Below are positions 36,259 through 44,820 of a stretch of 44,820 nt of DNA, piece by piece. A program made the position numbers and the translations under genes. Under the pieces are notes generated by a model. It made no database searches, was not told the origin of the DNA, and saw only the letters and a program-made list of their open reading frames with translations. The stretch covers positions 16,155,102 through 16,199,921 of the forward strand of contig NC_057720.1 in the NCBI RefSeq assembly GCF_004010195.1, given 5' to 3'. The stretch comes from Chiloscyllium plagiosum. Taxonomy: Eukaryota. Position 1 is the stretch's first letter; every line of letters starts with the position of its first letter.

Positions 36259-38590
36259 GGGTAGTGAGGCATTATGGGTGGAGCTGAGAAATAAGAAGGG
36301 TGCAGTTACACTGTTGGGGCTGGGTTGTGGGTAGTGAGGAATTATGGGTGGAGCTGAGAAATAAGAAGGGTGCAGTTACATTGTTGGGGCTGTATTACAG
36401 GCCTCCCAACAGTGAGCGTGAGGTAGAAGAACAAATAGGTAAACGGATTATGAATAGATGTAGAAGCAATAGGATAGTGGTGATGGGAGATTTTAATTTT
36501 CCCAACATTGACTGGGATACACTTAGCGTCAGAGGTCTGGATGGAATAGAATTTGTACGAAGCATCCAGGAGAGTTTTCAAGGGCAGTATGTCAATAGTC
36601 TGACGAGGGAAGGGCCATATTGGACCTGGTACTGGGGAACAAGCCAGGACAAGTAGTAGAAGTTGCGGTGGGAGATTTCTTTGGGAACAGTGACCACAAT
36701 TCTGTAAATTTTAGAATACTCATAAATAAAGAAGAGAGTGGTCCTCAGGGAAGAGTACTAAACTGGGCAAAAGCCAATTATATCAAAATTAGGCAGGAGT
36801 TGGGAAATGTGGATTGGACACAGCTATTTGAAGGGAAGTCCACATTTGAGATATGGGAGGCTTTCAAAGATAGATTAACAGTAGTGCAGGATAGGCATGT
36901 CCCGTTGAAGGCAAAGGATATGAAGGGCAAGAATATGAAACGTGGATGACAGGAGAAATTGTGCGACTAGCCAAGAGGAAAAGGGAAGTGTACATAAGGT
37001 CAAGGCAACTAAGAACAGAATGGGCCCGGGAGGAATATCAGAAGAGTAGGACAACTCTTAAACAGGGAATCAAGCGGGCTAAAAGGGGAAATGAAATAGC
37101 TTTAGCAAGCAGAAATAAGGAAAATCTCAAAGCATTTTATTCTTATATAAGAAGCAAGTGGGTAACTAGAGAAAGGATTGGTCCACTAAANNNNNNNNNN
37201 NNNNNNNNNNNNNNNNNNNNNNNNNNNNNNNNNNNNNNNNNNGATAGGATCTATTTATATTTAGAAAAGAATGAGCTTATCAGAGATAGGCAACATGGTT
37301 TTGTGCAGGGGAGATCATGCCTTACCAACTTAATAGAGTTCTTCGAGGAAGTGACCAAGTTGTTAGATAAAGGAAGGGCTGTTGATGTCATGTACATGGA
37401 CTTTAGTAAGGCATTTGATAAGGTTCCCCATTGTAGACTAATGGAGAGAGTGAAGTCACATGATGTGCAGGGTGTTCTAGCTAGGTGGATAAAGAACTGG
37501 TTGAGCAACAGGAGACTGAGAGTAGTAGTTGAAAGGAGTTTCTCGAAATGGAGAAAGGTGACCAGTAGGGTTCCACAGGGGTCAGTATTTGGCCACTGTT
37601 GTTTGTAATATACATAAATGATCTGGAAGAGGGCACTGTTGGTATGATCAGCAAGTTTGCAGATGACACAAACATTGGTGGAGTAGCAGAAAGCATTAGG
37701 GACTGTCAGAGAATACAAGACAATATACATAGACTGGAGAGTTGGGCGGAAAAGTGGCAGATGGCTTTCAATCCAGACGAATGTGAGGTAATGCATTTAG
37801 GCAAGTCTAATTCTAGAGTGAATTATACAATGAATGGAAGAGCCTTGGGAAAAGTTGATGGGCAGAGAGATCTGGGAGTGCAGGTCCATTGTACCCTGAA
37901 GGTTGCTGCACAGGTGGATAGAGTGGTCAAGAAGGCATATAGTATGCTTGCCTTCAATGGATGGGGTATTGAGTATAAGAGCTGGTAAGTCATGTTAAAA
38001 TTGTACAAGACATTGGTTCAGCCGCATTTAGAATATTGTGTACAGTTTTGATCGCCACATTACTAAAAGGATGTGGACACTTTGGAGAGGGTGCAGAGAA
38101 GGTTTACGAGGATGTTGCCTGGTATGGAAGGTGCTAGCTATGAAGAGAGGTTGAGTAGGTTAGGTTTATTTTCACTAGAAAAAAAAAGGAGATTGAGGGG
38201 GGACCTGATTGAGGTTTACAAAATCATGAAGGGTATAGACAGGATGGATAGAGACAAGCTTTCTCCCAGAGTGAAGGATTCAATAACCAGAGGTCATGCT
38301 TACAAGGTGAGAGGTGGAAAGTTTAAGGAGGATACACGTGGCAAGTACTTCACACAGAGGGTGGTGGGCATTTGGAACCTGTTGCCAGAAAAGGTGGTAG
38401 AGACAGGTACGGTAGATTCATTTAAGATGCGTCTGGACAGATGGATGAGTAGGTGGGGAGCAGAGGGATACAAATGCTTAGGAATTGACCGACAGGTTTA
38501 GACAGTGCATTTGGATCAGCTCAGGCTTGAAGGGCTGAAGGGCCTGTTCCTGGGCTGTAAATTTTCTTTGTTCTTTGTTCTTTTTGTTCT
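36259..38590 (+). mobile_element. Young CR1 LINE ORF2 (EN-RT) to 3' end, with a few frameshifts/stops; N gap 37191-37242
   Basis: 'YYRPPNS', 'VMGDFNFP', 'GNSDH', 'QHGFVQGRSCLTNL', 'MDFSKAFDKVPH', 'SKFADDT'; tail (ttctttg)n at about 38564-38590. Confidence 0.95.
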
Positions 38591-39046
38591 ATCTATAGGG
38601 CACAAATTAAAAGGGTGATAAAATTCTCACCTGCCTGGACGAGTTCAGTTCCAACAACACTGAAGAAACTTGTCCCATTCAGGACAAAGCAGCCCACTTG
38701 ATTAGCAACACATCCACAAGCATCCACTCCCTTCATCACCAACACTCAGTGATAGCCATGTGTACCATCTCTAAGATAAACTGCAGAGAAAAGATCACCA
38801 AGGATTCTTCCAAACGCATGACCACTTCTGTCTAGAAGGACAAGGGTAGCAGATACATGGGGACACCACCACTTGAAAGCTTCCTTCCAAGCCACTCACC
38901 ATCCCGACTTGGAAATAGATTGTCATTCCTTCAGCATCACTGGGTCAAAACAAAAATTGAACTCCCTCAGTAATGGCATTATAGGTGCACCTATACCAAA
39001 TGGATTCCAACAGCTCCAGAGGGCAGCTCACCACTGCCTTCTCAAG

Positions 39047-39693
39047 CTGAAAATGTGTTGCTGGAAAAGCGCAGCAGGTCAGGCAGCATCCAAGGAGCAG
39101 GAGAATCGACGTTTCGGGCATGAGCCCTTCTTCAGGAATGAGGACAGTGTGTCCAGCAGGCTNNNNNNNNNNNNNNNNNNNNNNNNNNNNNNNNNNNNNN
39201 NNNNNNNNNNNNNNNNNNNNNNNNNNNNNNNNNNNNNNNNNNNNNNNNNNNNNNNNNNNNNNNNNNNNNNNNNNNNNNNNNNNNNNNNNNNNNNNNNNNN
39301 NNNNNNNNNNNNNNNNNNNNNNNNNNNNNNNNNNNNNNNNNNNNNNNNNNNNNNNNNNNNNNNNNNNNNNNNNNNNNNNNNNNNNNNNNNNNNNNNNNNN
39401 NNNNNNNNNNNNNNNNNNNNNNNNNNNNNNNNNNNNNNNNNNNNNNNNNNNNNNNNNNNNNNNNNNNNNNNNNNNNNNNNNNNNNNNNNNNNNNNNNNNN
39501 NNNNNNNNNNNNNNNNNNNNNNNNNNNNNNNNNNNNNNNNNNNNNNNNNNNNNNNNNNNNNGAGGTTGGGTTGGTGGGGGGTGTGGACCTGATGAGGGAG
39601 TCACGGAGGGAGTGGTCTTTTCGGAATGCTGATAGGGGAGGGGAGGGAAATATGTCCCTGGTGGTGGGGTCCATTTGGAGGTGGCGGAAATGA
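39047..39693 (-). mobile_element. Penelope-like element (5'-truncated ORF plus pLTR) with 10-bp TSD; N gap 39163-39561
   Basis: TSD ccttctcaag at 39037-39046 and 39694-39703. Minus strand 'DPTTRDIFPSPPLSAFRKDHSLRDSLIRS' is the PLE RT-to-GIY-YIG linker. Confidence 0.88.
39104..39139 (-). ncRNA. Minimal hammerhead ribozyme motif with intact core
   Basis: Minus strand ATTC-CTGAAGA-A-GGGC-tcat-GCCC-GAAA-CG-TC-GATT has the canonical CUGANGA/GAAA/GUC, a 4-bp stem II and a short stem I with one U-U mismatch. Confidence 0.7.
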
Positions 39694-39799
39694 CCTTCTC
39701 AAGGACAGCAAGGGATGGGTAATAAATGCTGACCCAGCTAGCATCACCCACATCCCAAAAGCAAATATTTAAAAATCCCAAATTATCTTTAGATTATTA

Positions 39800-40308
39800 C
39801 AATGCTCTCCTCATCTATTCCCATCATTCACTCAACATAAACGTAATCTCAAAACTCTTGTGCAAATCTTAATTCACACCAAGTTCAGCTAGCCCATCAA
39901 ACTTTTTGTCATTGATCTGCATTTTCTCCTGGTCCAACAAATGTTTCCTAATTAAAGGTCTCATCCCCATGTCCAAATTCTTCTGATTTTGAAACAATCC
40001 TTTCCCCTACATACCCATCTTTGAAATCTCCTCCAGCGCTCTGCACCCAAGTACCTGAAGGCCCCTAAAACTGGCCTCCTGTACGATCCCCATGCCTTCA
40101 TCCCCCTACTCATCTATTTAGCTGTCAAAGTCACAAACCCAGGAATTCCACCCCTAAATGTTCCAGTTACTCCATCTATGTTAAAACCTAACTCTCTTAC
40201 CAAAATCCTCCTCCTAACATTTCCTTTGTTGACTCAGTGTCAACTTTTGCCTGATTCTGCTGTCACCAATATGTTGTAGGTGCTGTGTGAATACAATTTG
40301 TTGTCGTA
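39800..40308 (+). mobile_element. Old L2-type LINE 3' fragment
   Basis: caaaactc...cacaccaagttc...cccatca...gatctgcatt ('QN.....T...PI......LH' pattern) and tail aggtgctgtgtgaatacaatttgttgtcgt resemble L2 3' ends. Confidence 0.6.
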
Positions 40309-40435
40309 GTGCAATTTTTAATGTACTCAGTGGGTCTTTCATAATGCTGGAAAGAATCTGATCTGTTTTTGAGTGTTAAGAATTTGGTTTTTCATCAGAT
40401 GTGTCAGTTGCAACCAATCTTAAACCTGAAGCACT

Positions 40436-40742
40436 GTTGTGGAGAAGGGTCACTGCACCTGAAACATTGACTCTGATTTCTCTTCGTAGAAGCTGCCAAA
40501 CCTGCTGAGTCTTTCCAGCAATTTCTGTTTTAGTGGAACTGAAAGGCTACTTGCTTTCTTTACCCAAAACCTACTAGCAACCCCATCCCTTTATCTGCAG
40601 CTCCCCGCACCCCCAACCCACAGTCCTGAAGAAGAGGAGTTATACCTGAAACATTGACTTCCCAACTCATGATGTTGTGTTCTTCCAGCCTCCTGCTTGT
40701 TTACTTTGGATTCTAGCATCTGCAGTGTTTTTGTTTTGTCTC
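40436..40742 (+). mobile_element. Two old PLE pLTR fragments (about 40436-40531 and 40580-40742)
   Basis: gagaagggtcactgcacctgaaacattgactctg...cctgctgag...ttccagcaatttctg; agtc-CTGAAGA...GAAA-catt-gact...ttctagcatctgcagt. Confidence 0.7.
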
Positions 40743-40761
40743 TAGCTTGCTTTTAATGGCA

Positions 40762-41061
40762 GGGGAAATGTGACTTAGTGGTAATGTTACTGAGCTAGCA
40801 ATTATTAAGCTAATTGCCCAACAAAATAGTAAAGTTAGTATCAATAATGAGAACTACAATTTCTCTTGTGAAAATTCATCTAGTGCTCTTTAGGGGAGAA
40901 AATCTGCTCTCCTGGCTTGATCTGGCCAGCCCTGTTACTCCAGAGCCATAGAAATATAGTTGCGCTCTGATAAGACCTAGGAGGCCATTCAGTTCAAAGG
41001 CAATTGGGATTGAGCAGTAAATGCCAGTGATCCCCACAACCTGTGAAAGAATAAAAGAAAA
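40762..41061 (+). mobile_element. tRNA-derived SINE (same family as 1902-2288), diverged
   Basis: tgacttagtggtaatgttactg head, ctttaggggagaaaatctgc body, and ccattcagtt|caaaggcaattgggattgagcagtaaatgc...gaataaaagaaaa tail. Confidence 0.7.
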
Positions 41062-41099
41062 CTGTATATTCTAGAAAAATGTTAAACTGATACCACTTG

Positions 41100-44040
41100 G
41101 CTTACTATCGACAGCGCCCGTGTATTTTAATGTGGTTAACTATATCAACAGCCTTTCAAAGCATCATTTGCTTAAACTCTAAATATAACACGTTGCTGTC
41201 CCTGAACTTAAAAGCACTCGCTTGTTAAAATCAATGAGAAAGTGGACCAACTATCTGTTGGTGCAATTTGAAATATTTTATTTGCTTCTTTGAAGAAATA
41301 TTGACCGGATCACCAGAATCATAAATTTGAATATTTTGCCTTAGAAGAGTTAACGTACTCTTGAATTGTCTAAAAAGTCGATTTCAAAACGTCACTTGTT
41401 ACCCTACGTCGGGATTTTTGATGAGGACCTAAGGCAATACAGGTTTTCCTCTTTTTTTGTTTATCTAACAAAGTGCCATTGCGCCTCCCGTCTTGTCCGG
41501 GCGGATATTTAACAATGAAATGTTTAAATAAGTAGTTGTGTCGAACAATTTCAGTGCTAGGAATTCTGTGAGCAGTCACAAACAACAACATTTTCCCCCT
41601 TCATTGCTTCCACCTTGACGCCACCACAGGGCTGGAAGCAGAATGATTCTTTAACCCAGTCAGTGCCTTCCCTGTGAACTCAGGAACATCTCTAACGCGT
41701 CAGTGGAATCTCATTCTGTCTATTCCCCATTATCTCCGCCACAATGATTCGCTGAGTCGGTTGCCAATTTAATACCAATTTGTGATGAATGGTGAAAGCT
41801 CATTCTAATTAATTGTGTACTCTAACACCAGGAATAGCCTAAACACCTTGACCCAGTTTCAGTGCACTTCATCGAGTTTAATAGGGGTTTAAATTATTCC
41901 ATTGGCTAAATGATATTTAAGTGGAGTTCCTCCTACCCTTCCAATCCACTACATTAGGTCTCGGAGCAAGGAGCAGACGTCAATGTGTTGATGCAGGCTG
42001 TTGTAAACGTTATATTAAAAAAAATCTCTTGATTTAACAAAAGTGATTGAGTTGCCATTGTCATGTCTAAATATTCATTCACTCGAACTACCGCTGCTTA
42101 ACGCCTCACGTGTTTAATTTGCCCCCAATCGAATAAACACAGGTTACTAATTAATTTTAAAAACAAGAAACAGCCCTAACATGCTACCTGGTAGATTCAA
42201 GACACGAGAAAGATATTCGAGCTTCTGTCAAACCGTACTCGCAATTCATTCACAAAGCAAATAAGATTTCCACAAAGGGTAACTTTGCTTGGATAAACCA
42301 TGAACTTTTTTTAACGAAGGTTATTCCAATATTTTAGTATAAGTTGTACTATTTATATAGCAATGTCCGTGTAAATATCTCAGTCGCTTACAGGTATTTA
42401 TTTGGTGTTATTTATTTGCTCTTGGCATCAATAATTAACTTCCTTCCGGAATGGACACCACATTAAAGAGAAATGCAGGCGGATGTTAAGAATAAACCTG
42501 TTCCCGGGAAAGAGGACAACTCGAGGGAAGCAACACGCTCGATTTTGACACACAATGCCTCCAGCCAAACCAATTAAGGCTGTAAAATATTGCCGGCTGA
42601 CATCATGTGTATGTAAATGTGTCATTTACTGGCAAGTGTTTGTTAATATAGCATGTGGTATCCATATTCCAAATCAATTCTATTTTGTTCATTTTGCCTT
42701 TCAAACCCCCCAGAAAGGGCGGGGAAAATATGTGTTCCAGAGTATAGCGAACAGTTAAATCTTCTGGTCAATATAGCCCTGCTCTCCATTTCTCTTGGTC
42801 ATGTGTGCGTACAATACTGAGCCCAAGGCCGAGAGCAGAAAGTAGAAATATCAGTATTTCGGAATCCGTTTCATGTTGAATGTTCAAGTCTAATGCAGTT
42901 ACTGCAGGATAAAATATTTCAGTGTGGATGCATACTGAATCAAATTAAAAATCGGCTATGATGAATTGTTAACAATGAGTTCACAATTGAAATCGTATAG
43001 CTGGAAGCCAGATTTTAAACCGAACCATTCTAAGGCATTTTATGTTAACGGTCGTAGGAAGAGGATGCATTAATGCATTATCGATGACCTCGGATATTTT
43101 CTTAAAATAAACAGAAGAAATCTTTCGGAGTCGAGTCCAGCTCTCAGTAATCGTCCCTGGCACATTCAATGTATTGTGCTGAAACAGAGACAGAAACAAA
43201 AACCCAACTCCAGCCACAGACACAACCCCTTTCATTTTGTACAGAAATCTCAATTCTCACTTTACGCGAAAGCTAACCTTGTTAGAAAGCATTTCAAAAT
43301 CCATCAACGGTGCAAGAGCGCCCGTTCACAATCCGCCGCCTTACAATTCATCACCTGACACCTTTCCACACACTGCGGGTCAGCAAAGAGAAGGGGCAAC
43401 CGACTGTCATTAAGAGAGATCCTCTCTTCCCAACCTTCCCTCCCCCCTCCATTGATCCCCAGGCTAAACAATGTCTCCCTCCCCTCAGTACTGAAGCTTG
43501 CTTATTCTGTGTAAATTTATGCACTCTCGCATTTTGTAATGTAGAAAGCTGATTTTTTTTTTCATATTAAACTTTCAAGCCTCCCATTTATTTAACAAAA
43601 GTCGCTGTCGTTTAAAGTGGAGCATGAGGCGTGATAATGAGTAGGCTGAGGGAAGAGAAGGTGTTAGCTCATTAAGGTAATGACTAAGACATCCCCCATT
43701 ATATCACCAAGATTCGGTTGAAAATGTGGCAATTAAAGCGCCCTACGTGGGCTCGTGTAAGCTCGGGAACAAGACAATTCTCTGAGAATATCTGTGTTAC
43801 GGTTAATGTGTGTCATGTAAATGAAGGGGCATACATCTGTGTTTCATCGCTTCCACTCCAGTCGCTTCAGGTTGTGTGGTGCCCAGTAGCACAGAGAAGG
43901 TGGCTGACACATTGTATCTCCTTCATCTACTTTGTTCCCCTCCTCATACTCCCTGACAACAAAATTCCGAGGCCAAGACCCCCACTGAGATTTCAGTTTG
44001 GAATTGAGTGGCCTTTGGTATGAGCTCACTGCTATCAGGG
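41100..44040. promoter_or_regulatory. Putative cis-regulatory region (TE-free, CpG-retaining)
   Basis: About 2.9 kb without recognisable repeats. CpG dinucleotides are visibly more frequent than upstream and there are many TAATTA/CAATTA motifs. Inference only. Confidence 0.4.
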
Positions 44041-44048
44041 TTTAAACG

Positions 44049-44566
44049 TGTCGCGCTGGGAAAGCGCAGCAGATCAGGCAGCATCCGAGAAGCAGGAGAG
44101 TCGACATTTCGAGCATAAGCCTATCATCAGGAATGTGAGGAGAGGAGGCTGGTGGAAGAGAGCCAAGGCGGGGAGGGGGGCTGAGAGATAAATGAGAAGG
44201 GGGTGGGGCTGGAGGAAAGTTGCTGGTAAGGCGATAGGTAGATACAGTTGAGGGGTGATGCTGATAGGAGGGAGAGGAGGGTGAAGAGGATAGGTGGGAT
44301 GGAAGATGGACTGGTAGGACAGTTCAGGAGGGCTGTGCCAAGTTGGAGGGTTGGATCTGGGTTAAGGTTGGGGGAGGGGAGATAAGGAAACTTGGTGAAA
44401 TCCACCTTAATCCCTTGGGTCGGAGGGTCCCTGGAGGTCTCCAGAGGCCGGGTGGCTAGAATTTGGCGGTGGAGAGGCCTAGGACTTGTATGTCCTTGGC
44501 TGAGTGGGAGGGGGTGTTGAAGTGTTTGGCCAGAGAGAGGTGGGTTGTTTGGTGCATGTGTCATCA
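44049..44566 (-). mobile_element. Penelope-like element 3' fragment (GIY-YIG C-terminal part plus pLTR)
   Basis: Colinear with 10157-10510. Minus strand gives 'DTCTKQP', 'KHFNTPSHSAKDIQVLGL' and 'QGIKVDFT'; the pLTR has CTGATGA...GCTC-GAAA at about 44100-44130. Confidence 0.85.
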
Positions 44567-44820
44567 GACAAGTTACCCATCATCCTGACAATGTGTAACC
44601 CCCCATATCCTTTGCATTCCCCTCCATCCCTTCCCCCACAGCAGCCCATCACCACATTCACTCTTTCCAACATTCCCCATCCCAGCTTCCACACTTCTTA
44701 CCCATCCACCTTCTGTCCCTTTCTGTCCTCTTCCTAGCTCACTATCTCTCCCCTTCCCCTCCTCTTCCCCTTCTACCCCTTTTACCCTCTCCACCTTATC
44801 CTGGTCACCCTCTTCCCCCC

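Larger units (their letters stand above)
38628..39775 (+). mobile_element. 3' end of the non-HER1 LINE family, split by a PLE
   Basis: 38680-39046 parallels 11795-12166 (aggacaaagcagcccactt...); tail agggatgggtaataaatgctg at 39711-39731. Confidence 0.85.

Noticed and set aside
36946..38501. Reverse-transcriptase ORFs as a functional gene or prokaryotic retron/DGR-type system
   Set aside because: They are ordinary CR1 ORF2 pieces with frameshifts and stops in a vertebrate repeat context.
38873..39781. Long ORFs of 170-278 aa
   Set aside because: They are open only because they run through 399 Ns; the flanks are PLE and LINE fragments.
1..44820. CRISPR array or operon-like system
   Set aside because: No regularly spaced direct repeats with unique spacers, and no prokaryotic gene organisation.
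44590..44820. C/T-rich tract as a special structure (also G runs at 8908-8931 and C runs at 36208-36240)
   Set aside because: Low-complexity sequence next to or within TEs; nothing beyond composition supports a function.

Overview
Eukaryotic, repeat-dominated, apparently intergenic or intronic DNA from a cartilaginous fish. HE1-type SINEs, HER1/CR1 LINEs and the Penelope-like repeat families point to a shark; the species cannot be determined. No intact host protein-coding gene is supportable, and nearly every ORF in the track is a transposon fragment or its antisense. Contents: many nested CR1 LINE fragments; four HE1-like tRNA-derived SINEs; a second LINE family whose 5' end looks tRNA-derived, plus a SINE that looks like its head-plus-tail deletion derivative; a complete but decayed Buster/Charlie-type hAT transposon; a Gypsy gag remnant and solo LTR(s); an L2 3' end; and about 13 Penelope-like (PLE) pseudo-LTR pieces. 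The most interesting signal is that the PLE pieces carry minimal hammerhead-ribozyme motifs (CUGANGA-A-stem II-GAAA-CG-UH) with covarying stems. One is fully intact (39104-39139, minus strand). A near-perfect 170-bp palindrome (1-170) encodes a U3-A8 compensatory-core variant on both strands. There is also a 207-bp exact inverted duplication inside an old LINE and two TE-free blocks (about 3.3-5.2 kb and 41.1-44.0 kb) that look like conserved regulatory DNA. All calls come from reading the sequence and from recalled family features, not database searches. Boundaries of decayed elements are approximate.
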